The notes under the pieces: generated by a model | The model's input: only the letters and a program-made list of their open reading frames with translations | Told to the model about the DNA's origin: nothing | Databases searched by the model: none | DNA from: Longimicrobiales bacterium | Lineage (GTDB): Bacteria; Gemmatimonadota; Gemmatimonadetes; Longimicrobiales; Gaopeijiaceae | DNA: 64,000 nucleotides | Reading direction: 5' to 3' | Assembly: GCA_965226375.1 (NCBI GenBank) | Contig: CBDDCX010000008.1 | Location: 736,001 to 800,000, forward strand | Part shown: one piece after another, positions 32,553 through 42,930 of the stretch | Layout of the letters: every line of letters begins with the position of its first letter | How positions within the stretch are numbered: the first letter of the stretch is position 1 | Translations under genes and position numbers: made by a program

Positions 32553-33625
32553 GGCTTCTCGTCACCGGCGGATCGGGCTTCATCGGGTCTAACTTGGTCC
32601 GGTATCTCCTCGAGAAACACACGGATGTGGACGTAGTCAACCTCGATCTTCTGACCTACGCCGGGAATCAGGACAACCTCAAGGACGTGGAGGGGGACTC
32701 GCGCTACCGGTTCGTGCATGGTGACATCTGCGATGCGGGCCTCGTAGGGGAGCTGGTCGGTGAGGTCGACGCGGTGCTGAACTTGGCCGCGGAGTCCCAT
32801 GTGGATCGATCCATCGAGCACGATGGGCCGTTCGTGCGGACCAACGTCGTGGGAACGCACACGCTGCTCAGTGCGGCTCTGGCCGCGTCGAGTTCACCTA
32901 GGTTCGTGCAGGTGTCCACGGACGAGGTGTATGGAGAGCTGCCGTGGCGGGATCCGTCGCGGGTCGGGGTCGACCGCGGCGCTGTGGGCGACTCCGATGC
33001 CATGGCTGGATCCGATGGCGCAGCCGACGCCATTGACGACTCCGCGCCGCGCTTCACCGAGTCCACACCGCTGGCACCGCGCTCCCCGTATTCAGCGACC
33101 AAGGCCGCCGGAGACATGCTGGCTCTGGCCTACCACCGAACGCATGGCCTGGACGTGGTGATCACGCGTTGCTCGAACAACTACGGGCCGTACCAGTTTC
33201 CGGAAAAGCTGATTCCCCTCATGGTGTCCAACGCGATGGCGGGGGAGCCTCTTCCCGTATATGGAGACGGGCTGAACGTCCGTGATTGGATCCAGGTGGG
33301 AGATCACTGCCGCGGGCTGGACCTCGCGCTCCGAAAGGGGAGGGCAGGCGAAGTCTACAACTTTGGGGGTGACGCGGAGCGGACCAACCTACAGGTGGTA
33401 AAGGCGATCATCGGGCAGACTGGGGCCGATGCGGGGCTGATCACCTTCGTCGAGGATCGTCTCGGTCACGACCGGCGTTATGCGGTGGATTCGTCCCAGG
33501 CCAAGGAGGAGTTGGGATGGGAGGCTAAAGTGGGTTTCGAGGAGGGGTTGGCTGACACGATCGCGTGGTACGGGGAGAATCGAGCGTGGCTCGAGCGGAT
33601 CGAGACGGGGGCGTACCGGCCTTGA
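32549..33625 (+). CDS. rfbB: dTDP-glucose 4,6-dehydratase
   Basis: LTYAGN, AAESHVDRSI, STDEVYG, CSNNYGPYQFPEKLIP. Confidence 0.96.
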   Translation: MRLLVTGGSGFIGSNLVRYLLEKHTDVDVVNLDLLTYAGNQDNLKDVEGDSRYRFVHGDICDAGLVGELVGEVDAVLNLAAESHVDRSIEHDGPFVRTNVVGTHTLLSAALAASSSPRFVQVSTDEVYGELPWRDPSRVGVDRGAVGDSDAMAGSDGAADAIDDSAPRFTESTPLAPRSPYSATKAAGDMLALAYHRTHGLDVVITRCSNNYGPYQFPEKLIPLMVSNAMAGEPLPVYGDGLNVRDWIQVGDHCRGLDLALRKGRAGEVYNFGGDAERTNLQVVKAIIGQTGADAGLITFVEDRLGHDRRYAVDSSQAKEELGWEAKVGFEEGLADTIAWYGENRAWLERIETGAYRP

Positions 33626-33676
33626 GGCACGCCTCTGCGGTCGGATGCGAAGCCAGCAGCGAACGGAGTCTCTTCC

Positions 33677-34096
33677 TCAACTCCTGAGGATGGCCGCGAG
33701 TTCGGAGGGCGAGATGATGCGGTAGTCGCCGGGTGCGGGAACGGTCAGGAGATCCTGATCCCCCGTGACCTGGAATTCGGCTTTTCCGGCCTCGGCGAGC
33801 TGGAGGAAGATTCGGTCGTCATGGTCACGAACCGGGGGCAACGTTTTGGTCACCTCCGTCACGTCCACGGGCTCCGAGAAGGGAAGGAAGTCGCCGAGAA
33901 GGGCCTCGATCTCTTGATCTGTCAGGTGGAACTTGGGATAAGAGAGGACGCGGAGAAGCTCCGCGGCTGTGGCGTGGGAGACCAGCGGACGGAAGTCCCC
34001 CGCCATCCACGACGGACGAAGCCAGGACAGCCGCCCACGTTCGAAGAGGAGGGCCGAGACGACCACGTTGGTGTCCAGTACAACTCGTCGGATCAC
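33677..34096 (-). CDS. PIN-domain toxin (VapC-like)
   Basis: VVLDTNVVVSAL, ELLRVLSYPKF, RDHDDRIFL, VTGDQDLL. Confidence 0.9.
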   Translation of the reverse strand: MIRRVVLDTNVVVSALLFERGRLSWLRPSWMAGDFRPLVSHATAAELLRVLSYPKFHLTDQEIEALLGDFLPFSEPVDVTEVTKTLPPVRDHDDRIFLQLAEAGKAEFQVTGDQDLLTVPAPGDYRIISPSELAAILRS

Positions 34097-34317
34097 TCTT
34101 TACGGGCCCAACGTACGGCAGCTTCAACGTCCCCCTCCTCGATGCCAAGAGCGGCGAGCTTCTCACGGACCTCGCCGGCCCATCCTGGGCGGACCGGACT
34201 CAGCACGATCCGGCCGTTCTCCTCTCTCGTTTCGAAATAGTCGACATCCGGGAATCGCGCGACGACCGATCGTGGAAGGGTGATCTGATTCTTCGAGGTT
34301 TTCTTAGCGATTGGCAT
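34093..34317 (-). CDS. AbrB/MazE-family antitoxin
   Basis: AKKTSKNQITLP...GRIVLSP; 4-bp overlap with the PIN gene. Confidence 0.88.
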   Translation of the reverse strand: MPIAKKTSKNQITLPRSVVARFPDVDYFETREENGRIVLSPVRPGWAGEVREKLAALGIEEGDVEAAVRWARKE

Positions 34318-34369
34318 GGCGCTTCCACTCGTTGCCGGCACTGCGCACCGTTCAGGGGGGGCAAGAATC

Positions 34370-34388
34370 AAGGAAACACGGATTCCTT
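34370..34388. promoter_or_regulatory. Candidate autoregulatory operator of the AbrB-PIN pair
   Basis: AAGGAA-N7-TTCCTT palindrome ~50 bp upstream of the antitoxin start. Confidence 0.4.
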
Positions 34389-34645
34389 ACCAAAATAACC
34401 ATGCCTGAGATCGTGTGGAAGGGACACGTAGATGTCAACGGGCACTGAATGTGGGCGAGGGTGATCACGATGGGGCCTTGCTCCTCGCGCTTCCATGGTC
34501 TCACCCGTCAACCTCACTCTATTCATGATTGGGCCCGGCAGGCTCTGAATCGTTGACTGGGCAGGGACGGGCGGTAGGTTGAAGGCCGTTAGATCCTTGC
34601 ACGGCCCCCGGGTTACAAACCCGCTATGTTCTCGACTGGAAATCC

Positions 34646-35535
34646 ATGGCAGACACGATCTTGGTCACCGGCGGTGCCGGGTTCATCGGATCGCATTTGG
34701 TCCAACGGCTGCTGGAGCAGGGCAAGACCGTTTTCGTGGTGGACGACCTGTCCACCGGCTCCCTCGACAATCTGGCCGATGTCCGGCATCACGCCTCGCT
34801 GCACCTGATCATCGACTCGATCCTGAACCACCCGATGATGAGCGATACGGTGAGTCAGGTGGAGCAGGTCGTCCATCTGGCGGCCGCGGTGGGCGTACGA
34901 AAGATCATCGAGTCCCCGGTGGAGACGATCACCACGAACGTCCGAGGTACAGAGATCGTGTTGAGCTGCTGCCATGAGCACGGCACACCGCTCTATCTCG
35001 CCTCCACCTCCGAGATCTATGGAAAGGGAGGAGACCGACTGGACGAGGAGCACGACCGGATCATGGGGAGCACCACACATCGGAGGTGGTCCTACGCGTG
35101 TACCAAGGCTCTGGACGAGTTTCTCGCGTTGGCCTACGCCTATGAAAAGGACCTTCCCGTGGTTCTCGGCAGGTTCTTCAATACCGTGGGCCCCAGACAG
35201 ACGGGTGAGTGGGGGATGGTGGTTCCGACTTTCGTGACCCAGAGCCTCGCAGGGGAGCCAATCACGGTGTACGGGACGGGCGAGCAGCAGCGGTCGTTCT
35301 GTCATGTCGACGACTCGGTGCGCGCGGTTATGGGGCTTCTCGAAGCACCGGAGGCCTTGGGCGAGGTGTTCAATATCGGCAACGAAAACGAGATCACCAT
35401 CCGTGCGTTGGCCGAGCGCGTACGCGAGAGAGTCGGATCCGACTCGGAGATCGTGGTGATCCCGTACGATGAGGCATACGGTGAGGGGTTTGAGGACATG
35501 GAGCGCAGGCAGCCGGACATTACGAAGATCAAGGG
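34646..35535 (+). pseudogene. NAD-dependent sugar epimerase/dehydratase lacking its last ~25-30 aa (reads through to 35704)
   Basis: TGGAGFIGS, ASTSEIYG, RWSYACTK, RFFNTVGPRQ; family-like sequence ends at ...PDITKIK. Confidence 0.8.
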
Positions 35536-36683
35536 ACCTGGTGCTCCCTTCCGGCAAGAGGAGCCGCGTCCGATCCGTGGACACCGCCGATGGGAGTCTA
35601 GAGCAGGCCACCGCAGGGGATTCAGTCGCCCTGACCATAGAAGACGAACTGGACATAAGCCGGGGCGACATGATCGTGCGCCCCCTGAATCTTCCGGCCG
35701 TTGAGCAAGAGTTGGACGCCACCATCTGCTGGCTGTCGGAAGGGCCCATGCAGCCGGGGACCCAATATTGGCTTCGGCAAACGACCAGAGAGGTGCAGGC
35801 GTTCATCTCTCGCATCCTGTACCGGATCGACGTGGACACGATGCACCGCGAGCAGGTGGAGGGTTTCGAGCTCAACGACATCGGCCGTGTCCAGATCACG
35901 ACGGCGAGTCCGGTGTTTGTCGATCGTTACCAGCTCAACCGGGAAACGGGTAGCTTCATCCTTATCGATCCCCACAGCAACAACACGGTGGCTGCGGGTG
36001 TGATCCGGGGGCCGGTTCGCCACGAAGAGGATCTGCCCGGAGACGAGACCCTCGAGGAGCGGGCCGAGCGAAAGGCCTCGCCTGATGTGGTCTGGGAGAG
36101 CTGGAACATATCCCTGGAAGAGCGGGAGGCTGAGAACCAGCACCAAGGGGCGGTCTTGTGGTTCACAGGGCTCCCCGGATCCGGCAAGAGCACGATCGCC
36201 AGGGCCGTGGAACGCCGGCTGTTCGACCTCGGGTGCAAGACCATGCTTCTCGACGGCGATCAGGTGCGACACGGCCTCAACGGGGACCTCGGGTTCACGC
36301 CCGAAGACCGCCGGGAGAACATCCGTCGTGTCGGCGAGGTTGCGGCTCTGTTCCTGATGCAGGGGTGCCTGACCCTTTGCACGTTCGTGTCTCCGTTCAA
36401 GGAGGACCGTGACCGCTCACGCAGCCTGGTACCGGAGGGGCGGTTCATCGAGATCTTCATCGACGCCCCGCTGGAGGAGTGCGAGCGGCGTGATCCCAAG
36501 GGCCTGTACGCACGGGCTCGCAAGGGTGAGATCGCGCACATGACGCGGATTTCCAGCCCGTATGAGGTGCCCGAGGCTCCTGAGATGCGCGTGGAAACGG
36601 TCGGGCGAGAGGTGGAGGACATCGTGTCCGAGGTGGTTGCTGCGCTTGGCGACCGACGGATCATCACGGCAAAGGAACGTTGA
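35536..36683 (+). pseudogene. cysC: 3' half of bifunctional CysN/CysC; APS kinase domain intact
   Basis: VLPSG...DELDISRGDM...LNDIGRV...TGSFILID (CysN C-term); WFTGLPGSGKST, DRRENIRR, RDPKGLY (CysC); no GTPase domain. Confidence 0.88.
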
Positions 36684-37999
36684 TGCATGTAGCAGTCATA
36701 GGAACCGGATACGTCGGCCTGGTCGCCGGCGCCTGCCTTGCCGAAACCGGCAACGACGTCGTCTGCGCCGACATCATCGAAGAAAAGATCGCTGGACTGA
36801 ACGCCGGCGAGATTCCCATCTACGAGCCCGGTCTGGAGCCCTTGGTAGCCCGCAACCTCCGCTCTGGTCGCCTCACGTTCACCACCGATATCCCGGCGGC
36901 CGTACAGGCCTCCGACGTCATCTTCATCGCCGTAGGCACCCCCCCTGACGAAGACGGCTCCGCCGACCTGCAGCACGTCCTCGAGGCCGCCCGCACCATC
37001 GGCAAGGCCATGAACGGCGACAAGATCGTCATCACCAAGAGCACCGTGCCCGTGGGCACCGCCGCCCAGGTTCGCGAAGCCGTCGAGGCCGAGACCGACC
37101 ACAAGGTCCACGTCGTCTCCAACCCCGAGTTCCTCAAGGAGGGGGCTGCGGTCGACGACTTCATGAAACCCGACCGGGTCGTCCTGGGCGTCGACAGCGA
37201 CTATGCGGCCGAGGTCATGCGCGACCTCTACGCGCCCTTCGTCCGCACGGGTAACGCTGTCCTGATCATGGACATCGCCTCGGCGGAGATCACCAAGTAT
37301 GCGGCCAACGCCATGCTGGCCACCCGCATCAGCTTCATGAACACCGTGGCGGGCCTCTGCGAGAAGACGGGCGCCGACGTGAACATGGTCCGAAAGGGCA
37401 TCGGCAGCGATCAGCGCATCGGCTCCCGGTTCCTCTTTCCCGGCGTGGGGTACGGCGGATCGTGCTTTCCGAAGGATGTGAAAGCGCTCATCAGTACCAT
37501 GGACGATCTGGGGGCGGATCCGTCGATACTCAAGGCCGTGGACGAGCTGAACGACCGTCAGAAAGGATTGCTCCTTCGGCTGCTCGTCGAACGTCTCGGG
37601 GAGGACCTGGACGGGACGACGATCGCCGTCTGGGGGCTGGCCTTCAAGGCGAACACGGACGACATGCGCGAAGCCCCCAGCCTGGTGACGATCGAGGGGC
37701 TTCTGGAGCGCGGCGCTCGCGTCGTCGCGAGCGACCCCGAGGCGATGACCGAGGCCCGAAGGCACTTCGGCGACCGCATCGAGCTTACCGAGGACGCGTA
37801 CAGCGCATTGGACGGGGCCGACGCGCTGGTCATCCACACGGAGTGGAATCCGTATCGCCGGCCCGACTTTGCCCGCATGAGAGAGGCGTTGGCGAAGCCG
37901 CTCGTGTTCGACGGCCGCAACCTCTACGATCCGGAGCGGATGGCGGGCATGGGATTCGAGTACTACTCGGTCGGTCGGGCGCCGGCGGGGGTAGGCTGA
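36683..37999 (+). CDS. ugd: UDP-glucose 6-dehydrogenase
   Basis: [34 protein letters not shown]. Confidence 0.95.
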   Translation: MHVAVIGTGYVGLVAGACLAETGNDVVCADIIEEKIAGLNAGEIPIYEPGLEPLVARNLRSGRLTFTTDIPAAVQASDVIFIAVGTPPDEDGSADLQHVLEAARTIGKAMNGDKIVITKSTVPVGTAAQVREAVEAETDHKVHVVSNPEFLKEGAAVDDFMKPDRVVLGVDSDYAAEVMRDLYAPFVRTGNAVLIMDIASAEITKYAANAMLATRISFMNTVAGLCEKTGADVNMVRKGIGSDQRIGSRFLFPGVGYGGSCFPKDVKALISTMDDLGADPSILKAVDELNDRQKGLLLRLLVERLGEDLDGTTIAVWGLAFKANTDDMREAPSLVTIEGLLERGARVVASDPEAMTEARRHFGDRIELTEDAYSALDGADALVIHTEWNPYRRPDFARMREALAKPLVFDGRNLYDPERMAGMGFEYYSVGRAPAGVG

Positions 38000-38139
38000 G
38001 GACGCGCTCCGGGGGGCCCATCCGGACATCGTGCTGCCGCGGGTTTCGCCGTCCCCCTGTGCCATTCTTCCGCCCCAGATCTCACCGTACTCTTCGATGG
38101 TCAAAGAGCTATCGACAAACCCAATCGCTTAGGTTATGC

Positions 38140-38400
38140 TTGTCTCCGACGATACAGCGAGAGGGTGGGTTCCAGTTTCGCATCTTCCCGAACGATCATT
38201 CCCCTCCGCATGTTCACGCGGTCAAGCCGGAGGCTTCGCCAAGATCGCCATCGGCAGCGTGGAGAAGCCGCCTCGCCTACTCGAGGCGCGGAAACTCAAG
38301 GATCATGAGATCGTAAAGGCGGTGCGCGTCGTGGAACGCGAGTGGCAGAAATTCCTGTTGGCGTGGACGGATTCATGGCGCGACGAACCCTCACAAGTGA
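38140..38400 (+). pseudogene. DUF4160-family protein with apparent frameshifts (~38226, ~38368)
   Basis: PTIQREGGFQFRIFPNDHSPPHVHAVK in one frame, AGGFAKIAIG...KFLLAW in another. Confidence 0.7.
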
Positions 38401-38815
38401 CGACATCCGGGCTCAAATCCCGGCCGCCCGAGCACGCGCCCACAGGAGGCGGGCAGTGCGGGCACGAGGTGCCACGTATGATCGTGACACCGGGCGGGTT
38501 GTGGTCGAGTTGACGAACGGCTGTCTGCTGGGCTTCCCGGCTGACTTGGCCGAGGGGCTTCGGGGTGCGGAGCCCGACGAGTTGGCCCAAGTGCAGGTCG
38601 TGCTGGATGGCGATGGGTTGCGCTGGGAGGGCCTCGATGCCGACCTGCTCGTGCGTGAACTGGCGCGGGGTGTGTTCGGCTCAAGGGGGTGGATGAGCGA
38701 GGTTGCTGGGGAGCTGGGGCGTCGCGGCGGTCGTGCTCGGAGCAAGGCCAAGGCAGCGGCCTCTCGAAGAAATGGTCAGAAAGGTGGGCGGCCCCGCAAG
38801 AATGCTCCCGAGTAG
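38375..38815 (+). CDS. DUF2442-family protein (putative antitoxin)
   Basis: YD..TGRVVVELTNG...GDGLRWEGLDADL...GVFGSRGWM...NGQKGGRP. Confidence 0.85.
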   Translation: MARRTLTSDDIRAQIPAARARAHRRRAVRARGATYDRDTGRVVVELTNGCLLGFPADLAEGLRGAEPDELAQVQVVLDGDGLRWEGLDADLLVRELARGVFGSRGWMSEVAGELGRRGGRARSKAKAAASRRNGQKGGRPRKNAPE

Positions 38816-38950
38816 CTGTGGGCGGCCTGACCCGCGCTCTCGGGAATACCGGCGGGCCATCGGCACAGTCGTCCCATTCGAACATCGTCCGGCCGCGAAG
38901 ATTGTCGTACCTTGCCGCGAGCGGGCGCGAACGCAGAGCACAGGACACAG

Positions 38951-39307
38951 ATGACCAAGAGTGAGTACCAGGAGCTGGTGGAGTTCATCGCTCCCCAGTT
39001 CGGCCGCATCAACGAGCGTTTCGATACCGTGGACGGGCGTTTCGATGCCATGGACGAGCGTCTCCGCCGAGTGGAGATCCTCGGAGAAGACAATCGCCAT
39101 CAGATCCAGATTCTGGCCGAGTCCATAACTGGCGTCGGCCAGCGGCTCGACGCGTTCCGGTCCGAAGTGGCGGCTCAGTTCACTGAAGTGGCGGTTCAAT
39201 TCACCGAGGTAGGGGCTGAGTTCGTGCACGTTCGCGAGCTATTGCAGACTTCCCACCGTGAGTTGGACGGGCGCGTGACGACCCTCGAAAACCGCCCGAA
39301 CGCCTGA
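38951..39307 (+). CDS. Hypothetical heptad-repeat coiled-coil protein
   Basis: [21 protein letters not shown] and [14 protein letters not shown] heptads; AGGA upstream of ATG. Confidence 0.7.
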   Translation: MTKSEYQELVEFIAPQFGRINERFDTVDGRFDAMDERLRRVEILGEDNRHQIQILAESITGVGQRLDAFRSEVAAQFTEVAVQFTEVGAEFVHVRELLQTSHRELDGRVTTLENRPNA

Positions 39308-39308
39308 C

Positions 39309-40277
39309 ATGAACCGCGTCCTCATCACCGGCGCCGCCGGATTCCTCGGCTCCCACCTGGCCGGTCGCTTCCTTCTCGAGGGCTACCAGGTCATCGGCGT
39401 CGACAACTTTGTCACGGGCTCGCACGAGAACGTCGCCAGGCTCCAGGAGAACGACCACTTCTCGTTCATCCGCCACGACATCTCGACACCGCTCTACATC
39501 GATGGCGAGCTGGACGGGGTCCTTCACTTTGCCTCGCCGGCCAGCCCCGTGGACTACCTGGAGCTTCCCATCCAGACGCTCAAGGTCGGCAGCCTCGGTA
39601 CACACAACATGCTGGGACTGTGCTTGGCGAAGTCGGCACGATTCCTCTTGGCCTCCACATCGGAGGTGTACGGCGACCCGGAGGTGCATCCTCAGCCCGA
39701 GGGCTACTGGGGCAACGTGAATCCGGTGGGACTGCGCGGTGTCTACGACGAGGCCAAGCGCTTCGCCGAGGCGATGACAATGGCGTACCATCGGCACCAC
39801 GGTGTGGACACGAGAATCGTTCGTATCTTCAATACCTACGGGCCGTTCATGAGACCCGCCGACGGCCGCGTGATCTCGAACTTCATCGTCCAGGCGCTCC
39901 GCAACGAGCCCCTCACGATCTACGGCGACGGCTCCCAAACCCGCTCCTTCTGCTACGTCGACGACGAGGTCGAGGGCATCTTCCGGCTCTTCCACTCCGA
40001 CCGGATCGACCCGACGAACATCGGTAATCCACACGAGTTCACGATCGCCGAGTTGGCGGACCTGGTGCTGGAGGAGACCGCATCCAACTCCGGCATCGTG
40101 TCGCTGCCACTCCCCGAGGACGATCCCAAGGTGCGCCAGCCGGAGATCTCGGTGGCGATGGACGTTCTAGGATGGGAGGCGATCACGACGCTTCACGAAG
40201 GGCTCAAGAAGACGATTCCGTACTTTCGCGAGTTGGTGGAGTCGGTGGATGCGAAGGCCCGTACGTTTGCGGACTGA
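39309..40277 (+). CDS. UDP-glucuronate decarboxylase-like SDR
   Basis: [34 protein letters not shown]. Confidence 0.92.
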   Translation: MNRVLITGAAGFLGSHLAGRFLLEGYQVIGVDNFVTGSHENVARLQENDHFSFIRHDISTPLYIDGELDGVLHFASPASPVDYLELPIQTLKVGSLGTHNMLGLCLAKSARFLLASTSEVYGDPEVHPQPEGYWGNVNPVGLRGVYDEAKRFAEAMTMAYHRHHGVDTRIVRIFNTYGPFMRPADGRVISNFIVQALRNEPLTIYGDGSQTRSFCYVDDEVEGIFRLFHSDRIDPTNIGNPHEFTIAELADLVLEETASNSGIVSLPLPEDDPKVRQPEISVAMDVLGWEAITTLHEGLKKTIPYFRELVESVDAKARTFAD

Positions 40278-40348
40278 TTCGGTGAATCCCTCGCCGAGAC
40301 TCGTGCGATGAGTCCCCTCGCTGATCCTCGCGCGACGAGCCTACCTCG

Positions 40349-41353
40349 ATGAGTGCGATCGCGGAGTTCGTTCCCGCCGGGGCCAGCTACCTCGTCACCG
40401 GCGGGGCCGGGTTCATCGGCTCGAACCTGGTGGCGGCTCTGGTCGATGTCGGGGCGACGGTTCGCGTCCTGGACGACTTCTCCACCGGGCGCCAGCAGAA
40501 CCTGGACGGCCTCTGGGACCAGATCGAGCTCATGGAGGGCTCCATCACGGACCCCGTCATGTGTGCGTCCGCCTGTGCGGGCATGGACTACGTGCTCCAC
40601 CAGGCCGCCCTGCCGTCCGTGCCGCGAAGCGTGGCCGATCCCGCCACGAGCCATGCCACCTGCGCGACGGGCACGCTGAACATGCTGGTCGCCGCGCGGG
40701 ACGCGAAAGTGAAGCGATTCGTCTACGCGGCCTCCAGCTCCGCCTACGGCAATACCCCGACGCTCCCCAAGGTGGAGGACATGCCGGCGCAGCCCCGCTC
40801 GCCCTACGCGGTGGCCAAGCTCACGGGCGAGCACTACTGCCAGGCGTTCTCTTTGGTGTACGGATTCGAGACGGTATCGCTCCGGTACTTCAACATCTTC
40901 GGTCCCCGGCAGGACCCTGGCTCCCAGTACTCGGCCGTGATCCCGCTCTTCATCACCAAGGCGATGGCGGGGCAAGCCCCCACGATCGACGGAGATGGGG
41001 AGCAGACCCGGGACTTCACCCATGTGGACAACGCGGTGCGGGCGAACCTCCTGGCGTGCACGGGCCAGGCGGATGCGGTGGCCGGCCAGGTCTTCAATGT
41101 CGGGTGCGGCGAGCGTATCTCGATCAACCGGCTCTGGGATGCCATCCAGGAGGCCACAAAGGCACCTGTGGACGCGGTCCACGGGCCGGCAAGGGAGGGG
41201 GACGTTCGCGACTCCTTGGCCTGTCTGGAACGAGCCCGCGAAGGCCTCGGATATGAAGTGACGGTGCCCCTCGACGAGGGCCTCCAGCGGACCGTCGAGT
41301 GGCTGGTGACTCACGGCGGGTTCGCCACGAGCCCGGAGCGGCACACCTCGTGA
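40349..41353 (+). CDS. SDR nucleotide-sugar 4-epimerase (WbpP/VipB-like)
   Basis: LHQAALPSVPRS, SPYAVAK, LRYFNIFGPRQDP. Confidence 0.9.
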   Translation: MSAIAEFVPAGASYLVTGGAGFIGSNLVAALVDVGATVRVLDDFSTGRQQNLDGLWDQIELMEGSITDPVMCASACAGMDYVLHQAALPSVPRSVADPATSHATCATGTLNMLVAARDAKVKRFVYAASSSAYGNTPTLPKVEDMPAQPRSPYAVAKLTGEHYCQAFSLVYGFETVSLRYFNIFGPRQDPGSQYSAVIPLFITKAMAGQAPTIDGDGEQTRDFTHVDNAVRANLLACTGQADAVAGQVFNVGCGERISINRLWDAIQEATKAPVDAVHGPAREGDVRDSLACLERAREGLGYEVTVPLDEGLQRTVEWLVTHGGFATSPERHTS

Positions 41354-41372
41354 GCCCGGAGCGCCATACCCC

Positions 41373-42323
41373 GTGAGGGTTCTGGTCACCGGCGGAGCGG
41401 GGTTCATCGGCTCGCACCTCTGCGAGCGCCTCCTGCAGGATGCATACGAGGTCGTCGTCCTCGACTCCTTCGACGACTTCTACGATCCGGCCATCAAGCG
41501 GACGAACCTGACCGAGTGCCGGGAACACTCCCGCTTCACCGAGGTCGAGGGCGACATCCGAGACTCCGCCGTGCTAGACAAGCTCCCCGAGGTCGACACC
41601 ATCATCCATCTGGCCGCCCGGGCCGGCGTCCGCCCCTCCATCGAGGACCCGGTTCTGTACAACGACGTCAACGTGGGCGGCACTCTGTCCCTCCTCGAGT
41701 TCGCCCGTCGACGCGGCATCCGGCGCTTCGTCTTCGGCTCCTCGTCCTCGGTCTACGGCAACAACGAGAAGGTGCCGTTCTCCGAGGAAGATCCCGTCGA
41801 TCACCCGATATCCCCGTACGCCGCCACCAAGAAGGCCGGCGAGCTCCTTTGCCACACCTATCATCACCTGAACGACATGGGCGTGCTGTGCCTGCGCTTC
41901 TTCACGGTCTACGGGCCGCGGCAGCGCCCCGATCTGGCCATCCACAAGTTCGCCCGCCTCATGACGGCCGGAGAGCCGGTGCCCCGGTTCGGTGATGGCA
42001 GCACCGAGCGGGACTACACCTACGTGGACGACATCGTCGACGGCGTGATGGGTGCGCTCGAGTACCTCGAGGCACACCCCGACGCCTACGAGATCATCAA
42101 CCTGGGCGAAAGCCGCACGGTGTCGCTAAGCGAGATGATCGATACGGTGGCACGTGCTCTGTCGGGGACCCCGACCGTCGAGGAGCTGCCGCTGCAGCCC
42201 GGCGACGTCACGCGAACCTATGCGGACGTGTCGAAGGCCCGGGCGCTTCTGAACTACGCGCCGCGGACAGCGTTCCAGGCGGGGGTGCGGCGGTTTGTGG
42301 AGTGGTTCAGGGCGGAGGGTTAA
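41373..42323 (+). CDS. UDP-glucuronate 4-epimerase-like SDR
   Basis: HLAARAGVRPS, PISPYAATKK, RFFTVYGPRQRPDLAI. Confidence 0.9.
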   Translation: MRVLVTGGAGFIGSHLCERLLQDAYEVVVLDSFDDFYDPAIKRTNLTECREHSRFTEVEGDIRDSAVLDKLPEVDTIIHLAARAGVRPSIEDPVLYNDVNVGGTLSLLEFARRRGIRRFVFGSSSSVYGNNEKVPFSEEDPVDHPISPYAATKKAGELLCHTYHHLNDMGVLCLRFFTVYGPRQRPDLAIHKFARLMTAGEPVPRFGDGSTERDYTYVDDIVDGVMGALEYLEAHPDAYEIINLGESRTVSLSEMIDTVARALSGTPTVEELPLQPGDVTRTYADVSKARALLNYAPRTAFQAGVRRFVEWFRAEG

Positions 42324-42449
42324 GGTCCAAGCGTCCACCGTCGACGAGTCCCACATAAACATTCCTGAGCCCAGTCCCTGAACCCTTCTTCAACCATGAG
42401 GAGGACGAGGGTCCTCCGTCGTCTACCGTTCCGGTTGGAGACTGCAGGG

Positions 42450-42692
42450 TTGCCTACGATATTTCGTGCGGGACCGTATCGGTTCTTTTTCTACAGCAAT
42501 GAAGGAACCGAGGCGCCTCATGTGCATGTAGAAGGGAAGGGGTGTGTAGCAAAGCTCGGGCTTACGCCGGTGCGCGTCATCCGGTCGGGTGGGTTGCCGG
42601 CGCACGAGCTCACGAGGATTGAGGCAATCGTGTCGGCGAACAAAGAAGACCTACTGCGTGAGTGGAGATCATTTTTCGATGTCCCGTTCTAG
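42450..42692 (+). CDS. DUF4160-family protein (putative toxin)
   Basis: TTG start after GGAG; PTIFRAGPYRFFFYSNEGTEAPHVHV...W..FF. Confidence 0.85.
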   Translation: MPTIFRAGPYRFFFYSNEGTEAPHVHVEGKGCVAKLGLTPVRVIRSGGLPAHELTRIEAIVSANKEDLLREWRSFFDVPF

Positions 42693-42930
42693 TCCCCGCG
42701 TCGCGCACGTTCGTATTCTCGACTCCGAGATTGTGGTTGATCTCGTAGACGGTCGTGTCATCTCGGCTCCTCTTCACTGGTTCCCGCGGCTGCTGAATGC
42801 AACTACGGCAGAGCGCGACGAATGGCTCTTGGTTGGCCAGGGAGAGGGTATCCACTGGCCTGTCATCGATGAGGACCTCAGTGTCAAGGGACTACTGCGT
42901 GGCGCTCCGGCGCCGGGCGTCAAGATCTGA
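42679..42930 (+). CDS. DUF2442-family protein
   Basis: DGRVISAPLHWFPRL...GIHWPVIDEDLSV. Confidence 0.9.
   Translation: MSRSSPRVAHVRILDSEIVVDLVDGRVISAPLHWFPRLLNATTAERDEWLLVGQGEGIHWPVIDEDLSVKGLLRGAPAPGVKI

Noticed and set aside
34570..34581. Exact RfaH ops consensus GGCGGTAGnnTG upstream of a glycan gene
   Set aside because: Overlaps the -10 of a plausible promoter (TTGACT-16-TAGGTT); no RfaH-like gene in the window; a chance match in GC-rich DNA is plausible
36260..38104. Long antisense ORFs (614 aa here; also 12153-13685 and 53466-55220)
   Set aside because: Shadow ORFs opposite well-identified genes, typical of high-GC codon bias
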